A DNA stretch of 64,000 bases. Source: Octopus sinensis (lineage: Eukaryota). The stretch spans positions 127,906,001-127,970,000 of the forward strand of contig NC_042998.1 of the NCBI RefSeq assembly GCF_006345805.1, read 5' to 3'. Numbering within the stretch: the first letter of the stretch is position 1; the number at the start of each line of letters is the position of its first letter. The notes beneath the pieces were generated by a model. It saw only the letters and a list, made by a program, of their open reading frames with translations. It searched no databases and was not told the origin of the DNA. Below are positions 12,507 to 24,329 of the stretch, in pieces. Position numbers and translations under genes: made by a program.

Positions 12507-14320
12507 GATTGATTGATTGATTGATTCTAGTTTCAGCTTATGAGCTGTGGCCATGCTGGGGCACCGCCATTTGGTGTTGCTACTTGGTTTCACTTCATGA
12601 AGGCTTTCTAGCAACTGCTATTTGGTGCATGAGAGAGTTCGATGCAGCTGCCCTCATCTGCCCCTCCTGCCGTGAAGTTGGTTCATGTGGGACACCTGAC
12701 AGGAAGAGATCCAGCTTCATTTTAAAGACATCTGTATCCACCCCATGCAGGTCTCTCAGGTTCTTCGGGAGGATATTGAAGAGCTGTGGGCCTCGGAAGC
12801 CCAGGCTATCACAGAATCTTGTCCTACATCTTGATGGCAAGTTTGGAGTCCTAGGCACCACGCAGTGGCGCGCAGTTCTGGCATTTGCGTAACTCTCGAT
12901 GCCAAAGTTCAGGACACTTCCCTCCAGGATCTTCCAGATGTATATTATGGCATATCTTTCCCGCCTACGCTCCAGGGAATATAATTTTAATCTCTTGAGT
13001 CTTTCCCAGTAGCTTACATTCTGCATAGAGGCTATCTTCTTCGTGTAGCTACGTTGGATCGCCTCGAGCTCTGTGATCAAATTGACACTGGATGGTGATC
13101 ATAACTGAGAGCAGTAGTCAAAGTGGCTTAGGACAAGTGTCCTCCAGAGGACCATCATGGTTTCTTGTTCTCTTGTTCTAAAGGTTCTGAGGATCCATCC
13201 GGCCGGTCGTCTACATTTCATTGCCAATTTAGCAACATGTACACGAAAGGTCGCGTCATCACTCATGTAAATACCTAGGTCACGCACTGATTGTGCCTCT
13301 GGGATTGCTATTCCTCCGGGTCCAGTGTATTCATTGGGTATTGCATTTAGTTTTGCATGCTGATAGTATAGAGCTTGAAACTTTTCTGCATTGAACTGCA
13401 TGCTATTCTTTTCAGCCCACTTGTATATTTTGTCTAGCTCACATTGCAGGTGTTTAGTGTCCTCAGGGTTCTGTATTGCCTGTGAAACTTTTGTATCATC
13501 TGCATAACTTGTGATCGTGGCTCTCTGCGTGGCTGAGGGCATGTCCGAGAGGGCCATTATGAACAGTAGTGGTCCCAGAACAGTGCCCTGCGGAACACCG
13601 CTCACTATTTGCGTGTTAATGGAAGTGGCCCCATTGGCCACTACCACCTGACTTCTATCTTTCAGAAAGTCATGAAGCCGTTCTCCCAGTTTTCCAACTA
13701 TGTTGAGATCACGCAGTTTGTGACATATCATTCCATGATCGACTTTATCAAAGGCCTTTGCAAAGTCGAGATATATCACTTCCACATTTGAGTGGTTGAG
13801 CAGCCGTTTCAGCACCCAGTCATAGTGTTGTAGGAGCTGAGTTAAACAGCTTCTTCCTGGTCGGAAACCATGTTGGGTGTCGGGCAGCAAGTCATTTTCT
13901 TCAAGGAAGGTGATCAGCCTCCTTCTGACTATTCGTTCCATGACCTTGCTGATGTGTGAGGTCAGAGAGATAGGTCTATAGTTCTTGGCTTCCGCTCTGC
14001 TACCTCCTTTATGAATGGGGCATATGTTACCTTCCTTCAGTTTTCTTGGAAGTTTGCCAGCTGCAAGGAAGCTCTGAAAGAGGAACTGCAGTGGTCTTGC
14101 TAGGACTCTCTTACATGCTTTTAGGAGGATTGCCGGGAATCCATCGGGGCCAGTAGCTGAGTCTGTTTTCATTTCATCTATAGCCTTGATTACATCGTCT
14201 TCCTTTATATCGATGTAATCTATCGTCGCCGCCTCTGATTTTATATCTGCAGTGGTAAAAAAGTCAGTTGGATTGGTGATTTGGAGATGCCCAAGGGGTG
14301 GAGTGAAAACACTCTTGAAT
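12507..14320 (-). mobile_element. 5'-truncated CR1/L2-group LINE with (AATC)n tail and 4-5 bp TSD
   Basis: Carries an RT ORF, a 3' end with a stem-loop and the (GATT)n tail at 12507-12525. TSD ATAT at 12503-12506 and 14321-14324, reconstructed from the mirror arm of the host palindrome. Confidence 0.9.
12595..14172 (-). pseudogene. CR1-like ORF2 reverse transcriptase (C-terminal ~525 codons, one in-frame stop)
   Basis: GPDGFP, NYRPISLTS, QHGFRPGRSC, YLDFAKAFDKV, GVPQGTVLGPLLF, YADD and SLERRR motifs. ORFs 13099-14172 and 12595-13080 are in the same frame, separated by TGA where Trp is expected. Confidence 0.92.
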
Positions 14321-14346
14321 ATATAAGTTAAATTTAATTAAAATAA

Positions 14347-14396
14347 CCACTACGATCGTTTCGTGTCAGCACTTCTATGAGACATTCTTCATGTGG
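14347..14396 (-). ncRNA. Minimal hammerhead motif, degenerate (ATGAAGA core)
   Basis: CCAC-ATGAAGA-A-TGTC...GACA-C-GAAA-CGATCG-TA-GTGG, with palindromic stem III ACGATCGT. A truncated mirror copy at 14421-14466 has GAAA changed to AAAA. Confidence 0.65.
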
Positions 14397-14650
14397 TTTC
14401 AAAACCTTCTTTGCAAGTTTTTGAAGAATGTCTCATAGAACTGCTGACACAAAACGATCGTAGTGGTTATTTTAATTAAATTTAACTTATATAAATTATT
14501 TTATGTATTGGCTTAAGTCTTTCTTTGTTTGATTTGCATAATAGTGATTTTGTCTCTAATTTAATATAATATAATATTTTACTATAAAATTGGATTCAAT
14601 CCTAAATCTGATTTTTCCCTGTAAATTTGGATTTATTCCCTAATATTTAT

Positions 14651-14682
<32 letters not shown>

Positions 14683-14687
<5 letters not shown>

Positions 14688-15838
14688 CTAGAGAGATAAA
14701 GATATCCAGGTGAGTTTTGTACAAGCGACCGTATCAAGTTGTAAGGAACACCGATGATTACGTAGACAATTCCAGTTTAATTCACCAGAGGGGTAAATCT
14801 TGGGTCCACTTTGATATTTCACCGAGTGTATATCCAACACAATTACAATGAATACGGAGATTAGTACGTGTGTATTTTTCTTTTTTCTTTTGTACAGTAA
14901 ATTATATAGTTTATTCTATTTAAATGTGTCCGATGCTAATTTCTGCTGCATAGACATCTCGCAATTTCCTTTTCATCCATCCAGTTACTGAGTCTATCCG
15001 CTGACGTGACCTGAAATGCACTCATACTACTTCTTTGGATGGATCTTGAATAAAGTTGCTTAGACTAACAATCAGTCGATATAACTGGAGGCAAAGGAAA
15101 TTGCGAGATGTCTATGCAACAGAAACGTGCATGGGACACATTCGAATCAATTATGGTGTTTTTGACTGCAGAAAAAACAAAACACAGATGTACTAATCAC
15201 CGTATTCATTGTCCTATCTATTTATCTATCTATCTGTCTATATATATATATAATATATATATTATATATATAGTGACTAGAGAGATAAAGATATCCAGGT
15301 GAGTTTTGTACAAGCGACCGTATCAAGTTGTAAGGAACACCGATGATTACGTAGACAATTCCAGTTTAATTCACCAGAGGGGTAAATCTTGGGTCCACTT
15401 TGATATTTCACCGAGTGTATATCCAACACAATTACAATGAATACGGAGATTAGTACGTGTGTATTTTTCTTTTTTCTTTTGTACAGTAAATTATATAGTT
15501 TATTCTATTTAAATGTGTCCGATGCTAATTTCTGCTGCATAGACATCTCGCAATTTCCTTTTCATCCATCCAGTTACTGAGTCTATCCGCTGACGTGACC
15601 TGAAATGCACTCATACTACTTCTTTGGATGGATCTTGAATAAAGTTGCTTAGACTAACAATCAGTCGATATAACTGGAGGCAAAGGAAATTGCGAGATGT
15701 CTATGCAACAGAAACGTGCATGGGACACATTCGAATCAATTATGGTGTTTTTGACTGCAGAAAAAACAAAACACAGATGTACTAATCACCGTATTCATTG
15801 TCCTATCTATTTATCTATCTATCTGTCTATATATATAT

Positions 15839-15860
<22 letters not shown>
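14683..15860. repeat. Tandem duplication, 589-bp period, units separated by TA microsatellite
   Basis: AGTGACTAGAGAG starts at both 14683 and 15272, and the units read essentially identical. Each unit has an internal 32-bp inverted repeat (14940-14971 / 15093-15124). Confidence 0.92.
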
Positions 15861-15875
<15 letters not shown>

Positions 15876-15949
15876 CTGTCTACCTATGACGGGCTCTCTC
15901 ACTCTCTCTCGTCGAAGGCGTATGGGCATTCAGATTTCGCCGAAAGACC

Positions 15950-16170
15950 TGCACAAATGATTTGTTTATAGTGATCAAATGTTCTTGTCACACATTATCT
16001 CGCACTCTCTATCAAATCGACGTTGTCTGAATAGGTGCACTGTGTACCATACCTCAGGTGTCGGAATGACCGCAGAGCAACATGAGATGTAGTGTTTTGC
16101 TCAAGATCACGACGCAGCACCTGGTCTAAAATGTGAGTCCAACTCCCTAACAACTAAGTCATGCACCCTA
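15950..16170 (-). mobile_element. Degenerate tRNA-derived SINE (family C-related)
   Basis: Reverse-complement similarity to 60337-60575 (GTGCATG...TTAG head; CATTTGATCACTATAAAC end). Confidence 0.55.
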
Positions 16171-16202
16171 TATTATTATTACTATTATTATTATTATTAT
16201 TA

Positions 16203-16291
<89 letters not shown>

Positions 16292-16554
16292 TCTGCCTAG
16301 AATTCACAACGACCTCGAACCCACACGAGTAAACAAGAGAGACAGAAACAGGCAGAAACAAGGAAAATGACCCCTGTATTTGAATACTATACAAATATTC
16401 TTTTAAAAACTTTTCCTTTATTTTTTCCAAAATTTAATTAATTTCTATGCATACAGTTGAAAAAGTTTCAATGACCGAAACCGGCACTGAAATGTTTTTT
16501 ATAAAATTATTTTAGCATTTTCTACCTTGACTTATTTTACACACACACAGACAC

Positions 16555-16585
<31 letters not shown>

Positions 16586-16635
16586 ATGGCGGTGCCCCAG
16601 CTAGATAAATAAAAAAATATATATATATATATAAA

Positions 16636-16796
16636 GGTGCAGGCGTAGCTGTGTGGTAAGAAGCTTGCTGGCCAACCACTTGTTTCCGGATTCAATCACA
16701 CTGCGTAGCACCTTCCACCAGTTCTCTTACTATAGCTCGGGCCGACCAAAGCCTTGTGAGTGGATTTGGTAGGTGAAAACTGAAAGAAGCCCGTCG

Positions 16797-16835
<39 letters not shown>

Positions 16836-17005
16836 TTGTTTATGTGTCTATATTTGTGTCCCCACCATCGCTTCACAACCGATGTTGGTGTTTTTAAGAG
16901 GCCGATAGAACAAAGAATGAGTCCTGGGTCGACTTGTTCGACTAAAGGCGATGCCCCAGCATGGCCGCAGTCATATGACTGAAACCAATAAAAGAATGAA
17001 AGAAT
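16636..17005 (+). mobile_element. SINE family B copy with internal deletion
   Basis: GGTGCAGGCGTAGCTGTGTGGTAAGAAGCTTG head through GGCGATGCCCCAGCATGGCCGCAGTCATATGACTGAAAC tail. Confidence 0.85.
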
Positions 17006-17161
17006 ATATACAGTATTAATAATGAGATGGAGAACGGGGATTATTCACATCTATAATTTTATTAAACAGTGAATATATGTATACTCACTGCTTTAAGAGG
17101 AACACGGTAACCGCCGTGTTTACATATCTCTTTGAAATCATTTCTGGGTATATACATACAT

Positions 17162-17257
<96 letters not shown>

Positions 17258-17289
17258 CATATATTCATATATATTATATATAAGATGTA

Positions 17290-18060
17290 TGTATATCGTC
17301 ATCACCCTGTCAAAGGCCTTGCTGAAATCAAGGTAGATGACATCAGTATTCGAGCCCTCTCCGAAAGATCTCAAAATTTCCTCAAGTTAATGCAGGAGCT
17401 GCGTTAGACAGTTTCTTCCATTATGGAATTCATATTGGTTGGGGTTCAGCAGTCTGTTGCTTTCAAGAAAGTGGGTTATCCGTGATCTCACCACATTCTC
17501 AAATACCTTGATGATATGAAAAGTGAGCGAGATCGGCTGGTAGTTCACTGCAAGAAACTTGTTTCCCATTTTGAAAACTGGGAGAAAAGACTGGTAAGAA
17601 AGTTTTCAGGAATATAACCAGCATCCAGTGAGTTCCTCCACAGATTAACAAGAGGAGATGCAAGTTGGTGTCGACAAACCTTCAGGACACAAGCAGGGAG
17701 CCTATCAGGGACTACTGCTGAACTATGTTTAATTTCGTTTATTGCCGCTAAGACATCAGGGGCGCCAATCTTTATGTCCGATATAGTGTGTTGAGGGTTA
17801 ACATCACTGATACAGTCCAGATCGGCCATATCCGGATCGCTAAAAACAGAGCAGTACTGTTTATGCAGTATCTCGCTCATGATTTTGGCATTATCTTGGA
17901 GACTGCCATTTTCATCAATTAGAGGGCCAACAGTGGAGACAGTAACCTTGTGTTTTTCGCAAAAGAGAAGAACACTTTGGGGTTGAGTTTGATTTTCTCA
18001 ATGGCCCGTTTCTCCTCAGCTGTTCTTTGGTAATTGATGATGGTCTTCATGTATTGTTGG
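17290..18060 (-). pseudogene. Degenerate CR1-like ORF2 fragment (linker to RT N-terminus)
   Basis: MSEILHKQYCSVFS, PDRLPACVLKVC, NYQPISLTFHIIKVFE and [13 protein letters not shown] in successive frameshifted ORFs (17545-17880, 17387-17569). Confidence 0.85.
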
Positions 18061-18441
18061 AGGTTATATTATTTTTATTGGAGCAGTGTGATGCTGGAGG
18101 AGGTGTGTGCATGTGTGAAAGTCCAGTCAATATGTGATAGCTCGTTTATGATTGCGTCTCAGTCGGCATTATATTGAACCATGGTATCAAATAGGTGGAC
18201 TATTTATGTATGTATGTATATACACACATACACACACACATAGACACACATAGACACACACATAGACACACACACATATATATATAATTTGTGCCTGTAT
18301 ATATTCTTGTAGAAGTTTGTGTCTGGGGTGTCGGATGTTTATACGCGCGCTGCGCACGCACGTGCGTGCGCATTCTTATATTCAAAGAAGCGTGTGTAGA
18401 TGGCTAGTTTGCTACATTTGAAGACAGACAGACAGACAAAC

Positions 18442-18539
<98 letters not shown>

Positions 18540-19006
18540 CTGTAGTATACCACCGTGTTACAAATGCAGTAGGAATAATTATTTTTACTATTTCCTCTTA
18601 ACATCGTCTGATGCTACAATTCTCTCGCCCTTTAAGACGAATAGATATATATTTTAGAGAGAGAGAGAAAGAGAGAGAGAAAGAGAGAAATACATGCGTA
18701 TAGATGTACATAAACAGAAAATAGTTCTGAAATTAGCATTACCGTGTTACTATTTCACAGTTTCGTAAACCGTTGATCGCACAAGTGATAATATGATAGA
18801 CAAGATATCCATAACATGTGTAAATGTTATATTTTATCTGTTACGTAATCAGCTATGCAAACAGCAGCATACACAGAAACATGGGTCCTGGGCTCTGAGA
18901 CTAATATCAGCGTGAAAACCAATAAATATTTTCATCTCACCTGTGTATTGACAATTTAACCTTTTTATTATAAACCTACGCATACATGAGTTTATATCTA
19001 TGCACT

Positions 19007-19050
<44 letters not shown>

Positions 19051-19317
19051 TACATGCACAGATAAATGCACACACACTTACACACAAACACACAAGCACA
19101 GACACTCACACACACTTACACACACAGTTCTACATACTGTATGTATGTATGTAATTATGTATGCAATTGTTAGTAAAATTGTGGGAACAACTAGCTACAC
19201 GTCTACAACAGGTATGTTAAGAGCTTCACGAAGAGTATCATAATCCAGTCTGTTTTCTGTATAATGGTTAAGTAACTTATATACTGAGTAGTATTACTAG
19301 TTGTGAACTACAGAGCA

Positions 19318-19478
19318 TCTATCTATCTATCCGCTCAGTCGAAGTCGGCTCTCGGTTACTCGTTGGATCAGTGTCCTCCAGTCAGTTCTATCCTGGCCGC
19401 TTCTTTCAGACTGGCTATGTCCATTCCGGTATCACTCTTGATGGTGTCAAGCCAGCGGGTTCTTGGTCTGCCTCAGAG
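19318..19478 (-). mobile_element. RTE/BovB-like LINE 3' end with (GATA)n tail
   Basis: Minus strand (with a frameshift) translates to GRPRTRWLDTIKSDTGMDIASLKEAA..DWRTLIQRVTESRLRLSG*, resembling the RTE/BovB C-terminus. Confidence 0.75.
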
Positions 19479-19519
19479 CATATGTCGGAGAAATGAGGAT
19501 AAAAACAATTCTACATTAT

Positions 19520-19618
19520 TGTTCCTACACGTGTTTCACTATTATGCTTCTTTTGAGACCTCCGAAAGATTTTGAAAGTGCATTTAGATGCTCAGCAACA
19601 ACGGATCATCAGGGAACA
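19520..19618 (-). ncRNA. Hammerhead motif with expanded stem II region
   Basis: TGTTCC-CTGATGA-(~69 nt)-GAAA-CACGTG-TA-GGAACA: perfect 6-bp stem I and palindromic stem III. Confidence 0.6.
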
Positions 19619-19680
19619 CTTTATTTCATTAAGGTACAGATACGGACCGGTAATTATCTGTAACTTAAAGCAATAAGTGT

Positions 19681-19755
19681 TGTTCCCTGATGATCCGTTG
19701 TGGTTTAGCATCTGAATGAAAAAACAAACATAATAGTGAAACGCGCGTAGGAGCT
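19681..19755 (+). ncRNA. Hammerhead motif (mirror arm)
   Basis: GTTCC-CTGATGA-(44 nt)-GAAA-CGCGCG-TA-GGAGC. Stem III is again palindromic; stem II pairing is poor. Confidence 0.5.
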
Positions 19756-19853
19756 ATACTATAAACTTGTGTTTATCCTTATTTCTCCAGATATATATAT
19801 ATATATATATATATATATTGCGTCTCAGTCGGCATTATATAGAACCATGGTAT

Positions 19854-19893
<40 letters not shown>

Positions 19894-20038
19894 TATATAT
19901 ATATATATATAGTGAAAGAGAGAGAGATGTAGATAGATAGATATAATACAAAGATATATACATGTATATATACATATATATTCATATATATATATACATA
20001 TATATACACACACATATACCATATTTATATGCATACAC

Positions 20039-20141
<103 letters not shown>

Positions 20142-20649
20142 TGAAAGAGGAGGAGAGAGGGGGAAAGAGAATACTACAGTACTTCGAAAATAAAATATAT
20201 TCATAAAAGAAAAAGAATTTACTCGCAGTTTAAAAGAACTACTTCAAAGGTAATATTTACATTTCAATGAAAATAATGTTTTATCAGCACTATCTTGTAA
20301 GTAGCACAGATCAAAGTGATTGAAACGATATCCTCTTTATTCCCACGATATTATAGGTTCTTTGCTTTTTATGTCTTCAAGAGAGATGAAAATTCAAAAC
20401 TGAATTCTGACCGAGATGTGAACTCGAAAGAAGTAGGTATAAAGAACCTGGTATTCAGGAAAGTAACCAAGACTATGTGCCAAATTCAACGGCCAACATT
20501 TTCAAACAAAATATATTTTTCTCTTGTACCTAATTATATTAGTGTCTGTTACATGTTTGGTGAGGGAGGAAAAATAACAAATAAATGTCAAATAAATAAC
20601 ATTTTCATTCTGCTAGAATGCGAATGCCGCCTTGCCTTTCTCCCTCTTC

Positions 20650-20683
<34 letters not shown>

Positions 20684-21194
20684 TTTTTCTTTGTCCATCT
20701 CATTCGCTCTCTCTTTATCAATTATAAGGATCGTTTTTTTTTAAAAGCAAGTTATATAGTTTTATTAATCAATATGAATCTTTGTTTTTCTGTAGCATAA
20801 TCAGATATTGGCGCTAGGATTGCTTTGAAGTTACCGTGTTTATTAGTTTTGGCTATCAAAGAGGATTATTACACTGGTTCATTTATGTTATTTTTTTAGT
20901 TATATCAGAACACTACATCTGACAGAAATGTACTATAAGACGGCGATTCCATTTAAATGTGTTCTATAAATCTATCAGAATTTCGAATAAAAAGTTCTCA
21001 TAGAATACTTTTCACACTAGTTTCTATAGTTCCTCATAGGCACAATGAAGATTTGTAAAACATTGCAAAAATTCTTCATCTGAGATTCTTGCAATATACT
21101 CTTTAATCCCATGAGCATATAGAATATACGCACATACATGCACGTTAAGAGATAAATAGACGATCCTACTATATGAGAGAATTTATATGAACAC

Positions 21195-21273
<79 letters not shown>

Positions 21274-21565
21274 GTTAAATTACATTTTCACAAATTCCAA
21301 GAAGTGAACTAATTCAAAAAGAACCTTTGTCATTTTGTTATTGACCGGCTTGGATTCTGGGAAGAGCTTAACAAATCTCGAGAAAAACACACAAGTGCAT
21401 ACATGCTTACACGGATAAATAAACATCTACATACATAACTAGACGAACAAACATAAATATAAACAAAACATAAAAATTAATCACAAGCACACTGTACAGT
21501 ACTAAGGTAAAGAGATGTGTACAGTCATGATAATAAAGTAAATTACACACATGCACTCACATATA

Positions 21566-22829
21566 CGAGGGGCGTTCAATAAGTAATGCCCCTGACCCAC
21601 TTCCTATAGCAGTAGAGCAACGACACTTGGCACAGTTATTAGTCATTTCCTACATAGGAACTACCCAGAGTTATGCATTTCTCCCATCGTTTGATACAGC
21701 TCTGGAGACCGTTTTTGTAGAAGACCACGACGTGACTTCAGAAATCATGGCTGCATCATCTGGAAAATGCTTTCCTTTAAAAACAACTTCATGGCTGGGA
21801 AGAGGTGAAAATCAGAGGGTGCAAGGTCAGGAGAGTAGGGGAGATGGGGTGGAGTTCATAGCCACACGCCTGTGCTTCTGATCTGGCGACAAGCGAGTTG
21901 TGGACCGGAGCGTTGTCCTGCAGGAGAAGAATGCCTTTGCTGATCTTGCCCCGCCTCTTGATTTTGATAGCTTTTCCTCAAAAGTGAAGCATAATAGGCT
22001 CCTGTAATTGTAGTACCCTTTGCCAGGAAATCTGTCATTACTACTCCGTCCTGGTCCCAGAAGACTGTGAGCATGACCTTGCCAGCGGAGGGCTGTACAC
22101 TTGCCTTCTTTGGAGGAGGTGAGTCACGGTGCTTCCACTGCATTGACTGAGCTTTGGTCTCTGGATCATAGTGATGGACCCAGGTTTCATCCTGTGTTAT
22201 CAGTCTTTTGAAAAATGTTGACTCATCTTCTTGGCACATCTCCAAATTCATCCTCGTGCACTCGACGCGTTCTTGCTTCTGGAAAGGTGTGAGCAACCTG
22301 GGAATCCATCTTGCAGACACCTTGTGCATATCCAAATGGTCATGAATGATAGTTTTCACAGACCCGGTACTAATCTTGACCTCATGGGCTATTTGGCAAA
22401 TAGTTATGCGTCGATCTTCCAAAATGGCAGCCTCAACGTGACGGACAGATGCCTCATCAATGGCAGAAAGGGGGCGACCAGATCTGGGAGCTGTTTCCAC
22501 AGAGTTCCGACCATGTTTAAATTCACGATGCCAGCGTTTTACAAGGTCATATGATGGGGCATCCTCACCATAAGTTACTTTTATTTCATCAAAAGTCTTC
22601 CGTGGTGTGCGTCCTTTCAAATACAAAAACCGGATCACTGCTCGACAATAAACAGGCTCCATTTCATACTTGACTCAGTTCAAACACCTGTAAATCCGAA
22701 ACCGCAATTAGTCCAGAGCTGTAATTTGCCACTTAATCTATAGAGATATAAATAATTACACATGCAAAATTTCAGCTAGATCAAATAATTGCAAGTGGGT
22801 CATGAGCATTACTTATTGAACGTCCCTCG
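21566..22829 (-). mobile_element. Full-length mariner (DD34D) transposon, 1264 bp, TA TSD
   Basis: TIRs CGAGGGGCGTTCAATAAGTAATGC / GCATTACTTATTGAACGTCCCTCG flanked by TA. Transposase ORF 21856-22662 has WIPRLL and QDETW; QDNAPVH and YSPDLAPSD follow after two frameshifts. Confidence 0.95.
21856..22662 (-). pseudogene. Mariner transposase, frameshifted near the C-terminus
   Basis: N-terminal HTH region, WIPRLL, ITQDETWVHHYDPE and KVMLTVFWD. The third catalytic motif is out of frame. Confidence 0.92.
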
Positions 22830-23017
22830 TATGTGCATATTAAATTACGCTCACATATTCAGAAATTTTCGTAACTGTCCCGACACATAAAAGAGGATTG
22901 CTATTTTCTTAATTACTCCAGACATCTAAAATCTCTTAGAAAACATACATACATGAACAGTAATACAGTATGCACATACACATACACAAACTCACACACA
23001 CACACACACACACACAC

Positions 23018-23052
<35 letters not shown>

Positions 23053-23249
23053 GCACACATTCACGGGTATTGAAGCGACATATACCCACTCGATGAATGC
23101 AAATTTATTCACATGCGTAAATATGTTATATCCTAATTCGCAAACCCTCAAACCCCAAGAGTTGTTTTTACTAAACAAAAGAAACTTACCACTTAAATTC
23201 TACAGGGAAGAAATACTTAAATAATTTCCAAAGCAATACACGCATACAT

Positions 23250-23635
23250 ATCTCTCTCTATATAAACGGCAGTTTGTCTGTGCGTGTTTCTGTGTGTCTG
23301 TTTGCTTGTACCCTCACCCTGACCACGGCTTTCAACCGATTCTGATGAAACTTGACACACACATAGCCCAATGTCATAATTCAAAACTAACGCAGCGAAA
23401 ATTTTGAAAAGTTCCCCCAGTTCTGAAAAAAATCGATAAATTCGACATGGGGTCGAGAATCAGAAACCCAAACCACAGACCGTCTAGGGGACGCAACTCC
23501 ACCTTTTTTAACTCTCAAAAAAAATTTACCATCATTTTTTTCCCATTTTTTTGCTATTTTTTGGCTATAACTCTCTAAAAATGCTTTATAGTTATTTCCC
23601 TTACAAACCTGAGCAACGCCGGGCGATACTGCTAG
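23250..23635 (-). mobile_element. Helitron/Helentron-like non-autonomous element (copy 2)
   Basis: Near-exact reverse complement of 5118-5500. Confidence 0.6.
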
Positions 23636-24329
23636 TATATATATAAATGAAGATGGTCGACATTATAATTTGACATGTGAACCTTGTGAGCAAAATTCGT
23701 TGATTTGAATCTTATCAACTGTGATCAAATGCTTTAATAGCAAAAGCACTTAACTTTAGCCGACCACGGAGTGTATCAAAGTAGAATGCAGAGCAGGGAC
23801 CATCAGCTGAGAGAGAAGTGTTTAACTGACGAGTGTTTCGCGAGGTAGATGTATAATGTTCTTATCTGTTTTATATGTAGGAAACCCGGTACTACGTGAT
23901 GCCTTAAGCAATTAACGCCTACAGCACAGAAGATATAGGAAATGGCGATGGATCAAAACGATAAAAGTTTGAGAAATGTGTGTGTGTGTGTGAGCGTGTG
24001 TGTGTGCGTGTGTGCGTGTGTGTATTTGTGCGTGCGTTTGTACCTGTGTTTAAAAGCATATATATATAAAGAGGGAAATGTGATAGAAATTGGCGAGACG
24101 ATGTATGAAATCATATATATTTATCTAAATAGGCGACAAGTCGCTTAGACAGAAAATTGGAAAGTTGGCCAAGCGTGCACCACTATAAATATGCTCAGTT
24201 AACTGTTTTATTTTTACCTGTCTATCATCACTATTATTATCGTTACAATGAACATCATCAATATGATTACCATATTTTATTTCTCTTACTATTCTTTCAG
24301 TATTTACGAAGTGCACTGCAGAAAATTTG

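Larger units (their letters stand above)
12431..14650. mobile_element. Fold-back PLE pseudo-LTR element split by a LINE insertion
   Basis: 12431-12506 plus 14321-14396 together mirror ~14421-14570. A one-sided 3' extension (14575-14650) ends in (TA)n. Terminal sequence and extension are shared with the 51733-54197 element. Confidence 0.8.
19487..19790. mobile_element. Fold-back hammerhead-bearing mini-element
   Basis: Arms 19487-19641 and 19654-19790 are diverged inverted copies, both ending TTTATCCT(C/T)ATTTCTCC. HHR motifs at 19520-19618 (-) and 19681-19755 (+). The right end abuts (TA)n. Confidence 0.7.

Noticed and set aside
14705-14900. Perfect splice donor CCAG|GTGAGT and a downstream pyrimidine tract ending in ACAG
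   Set aside because: No supportable exon or ORF. Such motifs occur by chance.
22231-22554. Antisense ORFs over mariner, LINE and Tx1 coding regions (also 12521-12892, 36411-37799, 40976-41302)
   Set aside because: Shadow ORFs on the opposite strand of TE coding sequence.
23826-23895. CTGACGA...GAAACCCGGTA hammerhead-like spacing
   Set aside because: No stem I or stem II complementarity.
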